Below are positions 20,409 to 29,515 of a stretch of 64,000 nucleotides of DNA, in pieces (positions within the stretch are counted from its first letter, which is position 1; every line of letters begins with the position of its first letter). The stretch comes from Obrimoposthia wandeli (lineage: Eukaryota), in the NCBI GenBank assembly GCA_977020255.1, contig CDROCS010005958.1, positions 1-64,000 on the forward strand, read 5' to 3'. The position numbers and the translations under genes are program-made. The notes under the pieces are model-generated. The model worked only from the letters and a program-made list of their open reading frames with translations. It did no database searches and was not told the origin of the DNA.

Positions 20409-21218
20409 TTATTTCTCCTTAATTATGCTTAAAAACTGGGTGTCTATCGCATCGCTTTGTAAAAAACTGTGGTAACAATAAATATGTTTGAAATACGGCT
20501 TTAAACTATTCAATCCTTTTGAAAAAATCCCGTGTGTCACATAAAGATATAAGTCTTTAGCGCCGGCCTCTTTTAGTGCTTTCGCTAATTCGATAAAAGT
20601 ACGCCCGCCATCGCAGATATCATCAATAATAATAAAATTGTTTCCGCTTACGCCGGTGGGGATATGTGTGCTTTCAATTTTCCCGGTTTTAATATTACGT
20701 GTCTTCGTACAATAAATAGCGTTAACATTTAATGTTTCACTCAATTCACGTGTTTTAGCGGTTGCTCCTAAATCAGGTGAAACTAATACAAGCTTATTCG
20801 CTTTTATTACGTCAGATACAATACTATCGGGCAAAATGTTCGCTTGAGTAATAGCGATGCAATTATTCACTAGATCTTCGGTTACTTTTGAATGGGGATC
20901 ATAAATAGTGACACTTTTGCAATCTAAGGTATTAATTAGCCTAGCCATTACAGCTATTGCGAATGCTTCGCCCTCATTGCACACCCTGTCTTGGCGAGCG
21001 TAGGGAAAATATGGAATAGTTAAGTTAACCTGAGCCATTGGTTGTTTTTGTCTAATTGCATTTACGACCATCAACAAACGCATGACATCATCAGATGCAT
21101 ATAAATAAGCGGTAATATTAACTTCATCCGTAATATTTATGTCTGCGATACTTATATGACATTCACCGCCGCTAAAATTAAAATATTCAATCGGTTTATT
21201 GTTTACTTGAATGCTCAT
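20409..21218 (-). CDS. Short ribose-phosphate pyrophosphokinase-like protein (Prs/Adps-like)
   Basis: FSGGE, PYFPYARQDR, DPHS, SPDLGA, IIDDICDGGRTF and VTHGIFSKG motifs; only 269 aa and lacking the canonical Prs N-terminus; 1 bp from the Nampt start. Confidence 0.85.
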   Translation of the reverse strand: MSIQVNNKPIEYFNFSGGECHISIADINITDEVNITAYLYASDDVMRLLMVVNAIRQKQPMAQVNLTIPYFPYARQDRVCNEGEAFAIAVMARLINTLDCKSVTIYDPHSKVTEDLVNNCIAITQANILPDSIVSDVIKANKLVLVSPDLGATAKTRELSETLNVNAIYCTKTRNIKTGKIESTHIPTGVSGNNFIIIDDICDGGRTFIELAKALKEAGAKDLYLYVTHGIFSKGLNSLKPYFKHIYCYHSFLQSDAIDTQFLSIIKEK

Positions 21219-21258
21219 GTTCGCTCCTTGGTTATTAATGGCTTAGTGCCTTTTATTA

Positions 21259-21279
21259 ATAGTGTCACAGGGCCACTAA
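21259..21279. promoter_or_regulatory. NrtR operator
   Basis: aTAGTGTC-acagg-GCCACTAa, a 7-N5-7 palindrome resembling the gammaproteobacterial NrtR box TAGTGTC-N5-GACACTA, about 40 bp upstream of the prs-like start. Confidence 0.72.
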
Positions 21280-21343
21280 TTAAGTCAAGTAATAGTTTAA
21301 GTAAAAATAGTGAAGACAACGTAAGAGGTGCATATGAGAAGTA

Positions 21344-21355
21344 GACGAATTAGGC
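21344..21355 (+). repeat. Left arm only of the 27-bp REP-like palindrome
   Basis: GACGAATTAGGC matches the left arm of the copy at 36423; the right arm is absent. Confidence 0.4.
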
Positions 21356-21461
21356 AGGTTTGTAATGAAGCGTGAGTAGATAAAAATCACAATCGATATG
21401 TAATCAACTATCCAACACTTGGTAGTGCACTATGGTGCTTGAGAGTGCTGTACTAATTTAA

Positions 21462-21510
21462 CGCAGCTGTTGTTAGTAAAGTTTACTTTCCTTTACTAAC
21501 AACAGCTGCG
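21462..21510. repeat. Perfect 20-bp inverted repeat (terminator-like hairpin)
   Basis: CGCAGCTGTTGTTAGTAAAG-tttactttc-CTTTACTAACAACAGCTGCG, just past the stop of the 21546..22406 gene. Confidence 0.8.
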
Positions 21511-21545
21511 CAGTGATAATAAATAATTAGTATATTGCTACAGCC

Positions 21546-22406
21546 TTAGTTATAGCTTGCTTGGTTATTGCTGAATTGAAAATCTTGGTTGAATAATCGC
21601 ATCTGCTCATTTCTTACAGACTCTAATTCACAGTGGAAGTAGCGAGTTGATTTAGAGTCTAAATAACTATAATACTTTTTATCGAATTCATAGCCGTTTC
21701 TTTGAAAAGCCATTAAATCCTTGTATTCCTGTTGTGTAAGATCATCACCACATTTAGATATAATCCATTCTGAGTAACCCGCTGGCGGAGAGCTGGTCAT
21801 ATTATATATTTGGTTTTTTTGAACATACGCCATAGACCCGGATGGCACAGAGAACATTTTGTTCACTAATTGAGGTTTTGCACCCATGCTCAACATATAA
21901 TTTTCCACTATTGCGCGCAGCGTGCTGTATTTTTGGGTGGCTTCTTGAATATTAAGTTTAGAGAAATAATCTCTATTAAACTTAGGGCGGTGCAAGCCAA
22001 TATCACCCGCTGTATTTTCGCTTTTATATAAACTACCCAATAAGATGAATACGCAGGCGCTATTGCATTTTTTAGATTCAAATCTTAGTAAGTACTTTCT
22101 GGCAAAAGACCCTATTTTAAGAGCCTCCATAACATTACCACCACGAGAATCTAAGGATAACTGATAGGGAACATCTCTTTGGCGATTGATGATTTTTAAC
22201 ATCTTTTTGTAATCGCCTTTTTTAATTTCTCCCTTTATATTGAGCTCAGAAAAAGGGCTTTCTCCGGTGTAATAAATATTTGCGGCAAAGCTGATTGAAG
22301 GCGTAAGTAAATAAAGCAATCCGGTTGCTATTAGTGTACTTTTTACCTTCTTTAAAAAAGTGTATTTGAGCTTTGGCTCACTGTTGTCGCTAAATTGCAT
22401 GTGCAT
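21546..22406 (-). CDS. Exported protein with ClpP/crotonase-like fold (COG3904-like)
   Basis: Signal-like segment, then GEIKKGD, LSLDSRGGNVMEALKIG, CNSACVFILLG and IGLHRP. Confidence 0.62.
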   Translation of the reverse strand: MHMQFSDNSEPKLKYTFLKKVKSTLIATGLLYLLTPSISFAANIYYTGESPFSELNIKGEIKKGDYKKMLKIINRQRDVPYQLSLDSRGGNVMEALKIGSFARKYLLRFESKKCNSACVFILLGSLYKSENTAGDIGLHRPKFNRDYFSKLNIQEATQKYSTLRAIVENYMLSMGAKPQLVNKMFSVPSGSMAYVQKNQIYNMTSSPPAGYSEWIISKCGDDLTQQEYKDLMAFQRNGYEFDKKYYSYLDSKSTRYFHCELESVRNEQMRLFNQDFQFSNNQASYN

Positions 22407-22620
22407 CCTATGCTTAAAAAATATCGTGTTAATCAGTTTTGAGTAGCATTAGCTTAAAAGTTCAAAAAATCATGCCAAATTAACATACAGTTCATGTTTT
22501 GAACACCAATTATACCAACAAAAGAGATGCAGTGGGTAACTGTAAGAAGAAAATGGGTAGTGGATATAGGCTGTAAAAAGTAGTTTTTTTTCACTTTGTG
22601 TTCACGTAAATAAATTTAGA

Positions 22621-24300
22621 ATGAAGTCGTTAATGTTTTATATGGCAGTATTTAGTTGGAAGTACATCATTAAATTGAAAGCACTACAAATCTCAAACCT
22701 TCGCTTCAATTTGATTATATCTGTTGCGTTAGTGTTGTTTTATAATCTTCCTTTGTGGCGGTTTTTGGGGCAATTAAATGACGGAATCTCTTGGGGCAGC
22801 GGGTTATTTTTAGCATCTTTTTTTCTGTTCTTAGTCACAGTGTTTAACTTTGTGCTAAACATTGTAAGTGTTAAATATATTACTAAGCCGTTGATCGTTA
22901 TTATTTTATTGTCGTCATCCTTAGCTGCCTATTTTATGAACGCTTACGGAATTGTTTTTGATAAAACGATGATCCGAAATACGTTACAAACAGATAGCAA
23001 AGAAGTACTCGATATATTAAGTCTGCCTTTATTTATAAATTTTGTTTTATTAGGGGCATTACCAAGTGTGTTAGTTATGTGTAGCAATATAACTTACAGA
23101 CCGTTTTTTAAAGAGTGTAAAGCACGACTTATAATAGCAATAGTCAGTGTGTTTGTTATTGTTTTAAATTTAGCGGTTTTTTACAAAGACTATTCATCTA
23201 CTTTTAGTAACAATAAAGAAATTCGTAATTTTATTTCCCCTTCTAGCTTTATTTATTACACCACAAGATATTTATCGGGTGCTGATGATCAAAACAGTGA
23301 GTCATTTAAAACATTGGCAGATGATGCAGTATTAAAACCGATATGGAGTGCGCAAAAGAAAAGGGTAGTGACTATAGTGGTGGTGGGTGAAACAGCCAGG
23401 GCGATGAACTTTTCAGTTAACGGCTATCACCGTGAAACTAACCCTAAACTAGCGAAGCAACCTATCATTAATTTTAAAGATACACACTCGTGTGGTACCT
23501 CTACAGCTGTGTCATTGCCTTGTATGTTTTCTCCTATGGTGCAAGCTGATTTTGATTCAGGCAAAGCGAAAAACTCGGAGAATATATTAGATATATTTCA
23601 GAAAATGGGCTTTGATGTGCTTTGGCGCGATAACAATTCTGGATGTAAAGGGGTATGCGACAGAGTAAAGAAACAAGGGGTGAGCAGTTTTAGAACGGAT
23701 CAATTTTGTGAAGGGAATAAATGCTTTGATGAAGCGTTATTATCTGATTTGGATCACTATTTAGGTGCCCATTCAAACAATGCTGTGATCGTGCTACATC
23801 AAAATGGTAGTCATGGACCTGCATACTCGAAACGTTATCCACAGCACTTTGAAATATTTACCCCCGTTTGTTCATCATCTCATTTACCTAGTTGTGAGAA
23901 AGCCAGTATTTTAAATAGTTACGATAATACGATTGTGTACACAGACCATTTTTTGCATCAAACAATTGAGTTTTTAAAACAGCGCAGCGATAAATACACG
24001 ACAGCAATGCTGTATTTATCTGATCATGGGGAGTCTCTTGGGGAAAATAATATTTTTCTACATGGATTACCTTATTACATGGCACCAGAAACTCAATATA
24101 AAGTGCCATTTTTTATCTGGTTATCCAAAGATTTTAAGCAGAACTTTAAACTGGATGAAGAGTGCTTAATGGCTAAACAAAATAAAGCGGTTAGTCATGA
24201 TTATTTATTTCACTCTCTTTTAGGTTTGCTGAATATTGAAACATCAGTGTATCAAAATCAGCTAGATGTATTTGCACAATGTAAAGCAGCTGCACTTTGA
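22621..24300 (+). CDS. eptA: Lipid A phosphoethanolamine transferase
   Basis: 5 N-terminal TMs; VVGETARA, SCGTSTAVSLPCMFS (catalytic Thr), HQNGSHGPAY, YDNTIVYTD, SDHGESLGE and LHG motifs. Confidence 0.93.
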   Translation: MKSLMFYMAVFSWKYIIKLKALQISNLRFNLIISVALVLFYNLPLWRFLGQLNDGISWGSGLFLASFFLFLVTVFNFVLNIVSVKYITKPLIVIILLSSSLAAYFMNAYGIVFDKTMIRNTLQTDSKEVLDILSLPLFINFVLLGALPSVLVMCSNITYRPFFKECKARLIIAIVSVFVIVLNLAVFYKDYSSTFSNNKEIRNFISPSSFIYYTTRYLSGADDQNSESFKTLADDAVLKPIWSAQKKRVVTIVVVGETARAMNFSVNGYHRETNPKLAKQPIINFKDTHSCGTSTAVSLPCMFSPMVQADFDSGKAKNSENILDIFQKMGFDVLWRDNNSGCKGVCDRVKKQGVSSFRTDQFCEGNKCFDEALLSDLDHYLGAHSNNAVIVLHQNGSHGPAYSKRYPQHFEIFTPVCSSSHLPSCEKASILNSYDNTIVYTDHFLHQTIEFLKQRSDKYTTAMLYLSDHGESLGENNIFLHGLPYYMAPETQYKVPFFIWLSKDFKQNFKLDEECLMAKQNKAVSHDYLFHSLLGLLNIETSVYQNQLDVFAQCKAAAL

Positions 24301-24400
24301 CTTGCTAAGCCTAGCGCAGCGCAGCTTGTTTTGTTAGCTATTAGATAGAACAAGGTTTCATTTATATTAACGTTTAGAAGTAGTTCCCTTTGAGGTTTAT

Positions 24401-25084
24401 ATGCATGTATTAGTTGTTGATGATGAAAGTGATATTCTTTCTACAATAATTGACCAATTAGAAATTAATGAGATAGTGGCTGATTGCGCGATAAATGGAC
24501 AGCAAGCGATTAGTTTAGTCGCTAAAAATAACTACGATGTTATCGTGTTAGATGTAATGATGCCGGGTATAGATGGTCTTGAAACTTGTCGCCAATTACG
24601 CGCAAGTGGTTGTACGGTGCCGATTATTTTCCTAACAGCGCGCGATACGCTACCAGATAAAATTAGTGGCTTTAAAGTAGGCGCTGATGACTATCTAGTT
24701 AAACCTTTTTCAATGGATGAGCTGCTGTGTCGGGTGCAAGCGTTAGGTAAAAGGGTTTCTCGTCAGGCGTTAAGTCATTTAACGTATGCTGATTTACATA
24801 TTGATTTAGACAGCATTCAAGTTAAACGTGCGAACAAGCCGCTTGCGCTAAACCAAATCCAATATAAATTATTACGCTGTTTGATGATACAAGCGCCAAA
24901 AGTTGTTACTAGAGAGCAATTAGAGTTTGCTGTTTGGCAAGGAGAAACACCTGACAGTGATGTGTTACGCAGTCATTTATATCAATTACGCCAAATAATT
25001 GATAAGCCGTTTAGTTTCCAGATGTTAGAAACCGTTAGAGGACAAGGTTATCGCTTGTTAAGTCCTAGTAAAAATCAAGAGTAA
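24401..25084 (+). CDS. OmpR-family response regulator
   Basis: VVDD, DVMMPG, FLTARD, GADDYLVKPF and ETVRGQGY. Confidence 0.93.
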   Translation: MHVLVVDDESDILSTIIDQLEINEIVADCAINGQQAISLVAKNNYDVIVLDVMMPGIDGLETCRQLRASGCTVPIIFLTARDTLPDKISGFKVGADDYLVKPFSMDELLCRVQALGKRVSRQALSHLTYADLHIDLDSIQVKRANKPLALNQIQYKLLRCLMIQAPKVVTREQLEFAVWQGETPDSDVLRSHLYQLRQIIDKPFSFQMLETVRGQGYRLLSPSKNQE

Positions 25085-25089
25085 AAAAT

Positions 25090-26292
25090 ATGAAGTTGAA
25101 TTATAGACAGCGATTTACCTTAGTTATTAGTGCTTATACTTTTTTCTTAGTTTTCGTGGCACTTACCGCATTATGGATCGCGTTTGAAATAATAGAAAGT
25201 GGCCATGATCGCGAACTAGAGCAAGCGTTTAATCAGAAAATAACTACCGCCTTAGCAGATAGCTATCAAGATCAGAGCAGTGTTAAAACGGATATTTTTG
25301 ACTTGTATTATGATAATGATCAGTTACCAGAGCAGTTAAAAAAGTACACTCAGTTTGGCTTTCAAGAAATAGCTTTGGATGAACAGCTAATTGTTGGTCA
25401 ACACCCTAAAAGCGGCCAAAAATATTATCTAGTTTTTCACCTTAATGTTAATGAGGGTTTTTTAGAGCAAGAGCTACTGGATATTTTATTTGTGATCGCC
25501 GCTGCATTTTTAGCCACTATTATGGTTGTATATTTAGTTTTATATATGGCTAGAAAGTTGACTGCGCCGGTGCTGGAATTACAAAATGTGGTAAAGAATT
25601 TAGATATTGATTCAGACCAATTGCCGCTATTAGATAGAGAAGATGAAATAGGTGAGCTAAGTAACCATTTTAGTGAATTAGTTTCAAAAATGCGGGCCTT
25701 TGCTCAAAGGGAAAGAGATTTTACTCGGTTTTCTAGCCATGAATTACGTACCCCTATTACGGTAATGAGGGGGAATTTTGATTTGTTGGATAAAACCATA
25801 CCGAAAAATGCATTAAACTCACGCGTATTACAGCGCATGGATACGGCAATTAACCGGATGGGTAGCTTGGTTGAAGTGTTTTTATGGTTGGGGCGAGATC
25901 ATAAAGATAAGAATGAGTTTAAAACAGAGGCAGTTAACAGTAGCCAACTCAGCAGCATGATAGAGCAAGTGCTTGATACGCTTTCGCAGGTAGATAGAAA
26001 GCATATAGATGTCCAATTAGATGCTATTCAATGGCAATTAAAACCAGTCATGTTGTCGATGTTGATTGATAATTTATTGCGAAATGCTCTACAGCATGGA
26101 GATAAAAATATTCAAATATATGCGCATAAAGATCAGCTGTGTATCAGCAATCAAACCACCAAAGAGGTTAATTTTGTGCAACAAGGTATAGGTTTACAAA
26201 TAGTGCAAAGAATCTGTGAAGCAAATAATTGGCATTTAATGATAGAGTCAAATGATTTACAGTTTAAAGCGAGCTTAGTCTTTATAGATTAG
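25090..26292 (+). CDS. Sensor histidine kinase (HAMP-HisKA-HATPase)
   Basis: Two TMs, HAMP (DEIGELSNHF), H-box SHELRTP, N-box NLLRNALQHG and GIGL. Confidence 0.88.
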   Translation: MKLNYRQRFTLVISAYTFFLVFVALTALWIAFEIIESGHDRELEQAFNQKITTALADSYQDQSSVKTDIFDLYYDNDQLPEQLKKYTQFGFQEIALDEQLIVGQHPKSGQKYYLVFHLNVNEGFLEQELLDILFVIAAAFLATIMVVYLVLYMARKLTAPVLELQNVVKNLDIDSDQLPLLDREDEIGELSNHFSELVSKMRAFAQRERDFTRFSSHELRTPITVMRGNFDLLDKTIPKNALNSRVLQRMDTAINRMGSLVEVFLWLGRDHKDKNEFKTEAVNSSQLSSMIEQVLDTLSQVDRKHIDVQLDAIQWQLKPVMLSMLIDNLLRNALQHGDKNIQIYAHKDQLCISNQTTKEVNFVQQGIGLQIVQRICEANNWHLMIESNDLQFKASLVFID

Positions 26293-26304
26293 GGTTTATT
26301 CGCG

Positions 26305-27318
26305 CTACTTTATTATTTCTGACGATAAATCATCGCTAAAACTTTCACACCTTAGAGTAATTAACGAGGAGGTAGGGTTAAGGCGAAGCCCAAGTGTAAC
26401 CGCTTTTAATAAGTGATTCTTTGAGCCAAGCACCTGATAATCCTCATCTGTAAGTCCCGTATCTTGCTCTAACCTTTTTAAAAAGAAGTCACCATTGTGG
26501 CTATAGATTTTATCACCCACAATTGGCAAATTAAGGTGTGCTAAGTGTGCTCTAATTTGGTGTTTTCTTCCCGTAAAAAGCTGGCATTCAATAAGTGAGT
26601 ATTCGCCTTGGGTTTTTAAAAGTCTAAAGTGAGTTTTACAGTCTTTAGGTTTTTTATAAAGCTCTCTAGCTAGCAGCGGGTCGACAACAAACATCTTACA
26701 ACGAATAGCGCTGTCTAGCCGTTCTGCCAGCTGTGTTTCACAAGTGTATTCAGACCATTGAGGTACACCTTTAACAATGGCGTGGTAGGTTTTAACTTCA
26801 ATTAATTGCTTGAGATTTTTCTTATGCTTGCTATCGCTTTGCTTATTTTTGGCTATTAATATTAAGCCTGAAGTTTCAATATCTAAGCGATGTAATAGCT
26901 GAGCACTGTAAAAAGGCGTTTGCCTTCTTATCAGGCCTATTAATGTGTCGTATAAGTTACGAGTCGTTCTACTGACAGCAAGAGGTGCCGGTTTGTATGC
27001 GGCGAGTATTTCATCATTTTGCCAAATGGTGTGCCACTGTAGATTTATTTTTTGCTCAAAATGATTGGCAAGGGTAATTGATAGCCTTTGCCCTGCACCA
27101 ATTAGAGTATCTGGTTGCGCTATTTCACCATCGAGCGTTAATACATGTGAAGATAACCAAGCAGTCAGCTCTTGCTCAGATAACAACGGCATATGGTTTT
27201 GCAGATAATCAAAAATTGTGTCGTTTGTTGATAGTAAAATCTCTGAGAAAATAGGGTAGGTTAACTCATAGTGGCTATCAGCTGTTGGCTTATTATTACT
27301 ATTTAAATCATGTTGCAT
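26305..27318 (-). CDS. RluA-family pseudouridine synthase
   Basis: HRLDIETSGL and TGRKHQIRAHLAHLNLPIVGDKIY. Confidence 0.9.
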   Translation of the reverse strand: MQHDLNSNNKPTADSHYELTYPIFSEILLSTNDTIFDYLQNHMPLLSEQELTAWLSSHVLTLDGEIAQPDTLIGAGQRLSITLANHFEQKINLQWHTIWQNDEILAAYKPAPLAVSRTTRNLYDTLIGLIRRQTPFYSAQLLHRLDIETSGLILIAKNKQSDSKHKKNLKQLIEVKTYHAIVKGVPQWSEYTCETQLAERLDSAIRCKMFVVDPLLARELYKKPKDCKTHFRLLKTQGEYSLIECQLFTGRKHQIRAHLAHLNLPIVGDKIYSHNGDFFLKRLEQDTGLTDEDYQVLGSKNHLLKAVTLGLRLNPTSSLITLRCESFSDDLSSEIIK

Positions 27319-27540
27319 ACTTAATGCTACCTTGCATAGCTAAAAGAGGGTTGGCTATTATAAACGTAAGATATATGACTAAACAGTGAAGAATGATAAA
27401 TAAACTAAATCGAGCAATATTCTAAAACAGTTGTCTGCTAATCAGTTTGCTTGCTATTATTCGTGCTCAAAGTGTTTAAGATCTCTCGCTGATTTATCAT
27501 TTGTTATTTAACTTAAGTTTACTAATAAAGTACTTTATTC

Positions 27541-28584
27541 ATGCCCAAGCTAACTGCCTATTTTAGTGTGTTTTTATGCCAACTTTCACTCGCCACATTT
27601 GCAATGGCTGGTGAAGACCCTTGGACTTTAAATTTACATTTTGAAAATGACTTATTTGCAGAGACAGATTTAAATTATACCAACGGTGTAAGAGCATCTT
27701 GGGTGTCTCCTGATATGTCTGATTTTTTAGCGAATCAGCAGCAAACATATACCTGGCTTAACCAAGTAAACCAGTTATTAGAACCCCTACACCCATCTAT
27801 TGAATCAGGTGAAAAAGTTCATAGAAATATTGTGGTTAGTGTAGGGCAGTTGATGTTTACCCCTCAAGATAAAAAGAAGACAAAGCTTGATAAAACAGAT
27901 AGACCTTATGCTGGTTGGTTGTACGGTGGTGTTGGCTATCAAGCGCGGACAAGCGATAGATTGCACAGTTTTGAGCTAAATGTTGGGGTGGTAGGTCCTG
28001 CTGCTTTAGCAAAAGAGACGCAAGATTTAATACATGATATTCGCTCTATTAGCCGTTTTGAAGGTTGGGATAATCAATTAGATAATGAATTAGGTCTTCA
28101 ACTTGTGTTTGAGCGTAAACGACGATTTAAACCATTAAAAGGCAAAATATTTAATCATTTAGAAACAGACTTAATCACCCATTGGGGTGGTAGTCTCGGT
28201 AATGTGGCGACTTATGTAAATGCGGGAGCCGAGTGGCGTATAGGTTGGTCTCTTCCTGCTGATTTTGGTACCTCAACTCTTAGGCCAGGTGGCGATAGTA
28301 ATAACCCTGGATTAACTAACCCATTGAATCGAGCGTTACAAGTACACGGTTTTATTGCCAGTGATGCCCGTTTAGTGGCGCATAATATATTTTTAGATGG
28401 CAATACCTTTTCAAATAGTCACAGTGTAGATAAGAAAAATTTGGTAGCAGATATTACCGTAGGCGTAAGCACTACCTATCAGCGTTGGAATATAAGTTAC
28501 TCGCATGTATATCGAACAAAAGAGTTTAAGGGGCAGAGCGAAGCGCAAAAATACGGCTCTCTCTCTTTAAGCTATAGTTATTAA
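27541..28584 (+). CDS. Lipid A 3'-O-deacylase LpxR family outer-membrane protein
   Basis: Signal peptide; ENDLFAETDLNYTNG, QLMFTP, DRPYAGWL, GWDNQL, NIFLDGN and FKGQ; terminal aromatic residue. Confidence 0.82.
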   Translation: MPKLTAYFSVFLCQLSLATFAMAGEDPWTLNLHFENDLFAETDLNYTNGVRASWVSPDMSDFLANQQQTYTWLNQVNQLLEPLHPSIESGEKVHRNIVVSVGQLMFTPQDKKKTKLDKTDRPYAGWLYGGVGYQARTSDRLHSFELNVGVVGPAALAKETQDLIHDIRSISRFEGWDNQLDNELGLQLVFERKRRFKPLKGKIFNHLETDLITHWGGSLGNVATYVNAGAEWRIGWSLPADFGTSTLRPGGDSNNPGLTNPLNRALQVHGFIASDARLVAHNIFLDGNTFSNSHSVDKKNLVADITVGVSTTYQRWNISYSHVYRTKEFKGQSEAQKYGSLSLSYSY

Positions 28585-28585
28585 A

Positions 28586-28722
28586 GATGAATTAGGCGCA
28601 GCCTAAATCATCCAAGACTTCAATTACGTTTCACACAAAAGATGAATTAGGCGCAGCCTAAATCATCCAAGGCTCCCATTACGTTTCACACAAAAGATGA
28701 ATTAGTCGCAGCCTAAATCATC
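28586..28722 (+). repeat. Tandem array of three REP-like palindromes, 55-bp period (BIME-like; copies 3-5)
   Basis: GATGAATTAG(G/T)CGCAGCCTAAATCATC at 28586, 28641 and 28696, separated by near-identical 28-bp linkers; between convergent genes. Confidence 0.9.
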
Positions 28723-28753
28723 ATAAGGTTTGAATTAGCTAAGTTTAATCCAA

Positions 28754-29515
28754 TCACGACTTAAGTCTATAACCTGTTTTGAAAATCCAATACGTACCTG
28801 CCAAGCAAAGCAATAAAAACAGGAAGGTCATACTTAGGCTAAGACCTATACCTACATCAGCAACGCCGTAAAATGACCATCTAAAACCGCTGATCAAATA
28901 GACAACTGGGTTAAATAAAGTCATGGTTTGCCACGGCTCAGGTAACATGCTGATTGAATAAAAAGCGCCACCTAAAAAGGTTAATGGGGTGATAATCATT
29001 AAAGGTATGATTTGCAGTTTTTGAAAATCATCGGCCCATATACCAATCATGAAACCAAACAAACTAAAGGTTACAGAAGTCAGTATTAAAAATACCACCA
29101 TCCAAAATGGATGAGCAATACTGTAATCGACAAAGATACGCGCTGTTAATAATGTCACTATCCCTAAGACAATAGACTTAGTGGCAGCGGCGCCAACATA
29201 GCCTGCAACTATTTCAAAGGGTGAAACAGGGGCTGAAAGTACTTCGTATATAGTGCCTGAAAATTTAGGAAAAAATATTCCAAATGAGGCGTTTGAGATA
29301 CTTTGGCTTAACAAGGAGAGCATAACTAAGCCTGGAATAATAAATGCACCATAACTCACACCATCTATATTGCCCATACGTGAGCCTATAGCTGAGCCAA
29401 ACACCACAAAATAAAGTGAAGTAGAAAGCACAGGGGATGCTAAGCTTTGCATTAATGTGCGCCACGCTCTTGCCATCTCAAAATAGTAAATAGCTTTCAT
29501 GCCATACCAATTCAT
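28754..29515 (-). CDS. ABC-2 type transporter permease (YadH-like)
   Basis: [39 protein letters not shown] and [13 protein letters not shown]. Confidence 0.88.
   Translation of the reverse strand: MNWYGMKAIYYFEMARAWRTLMQSLASPVLSTSLYFVVFGSAIGSRMGNIDGVSYGAFIIPGLVMLSLLSQSISNASFGIFFPKFSGTIYEVLSAPVSPFEIVAGYVGAAATKSIVLGIVTLLTARIFVDYSIAHPFWMVVFLILTSVTFSLFGFMIGIWADDFQKLQIIPLMIITPLTFLGGAFYSISMLPEPWQTMTLFNPVVYLISGFRWSFYGVADVGIGLSLSMTFLFLLLCLAGTYWIFKTGYRLKS

Noticed and set aside
28586-28722. CRISPR array (27-bp palindromic repeats with 28-bp spacers)
   Set aside because: The spacers are near-identical to each other, the same repeat is scattered singly through the window, and there are no cas genes.
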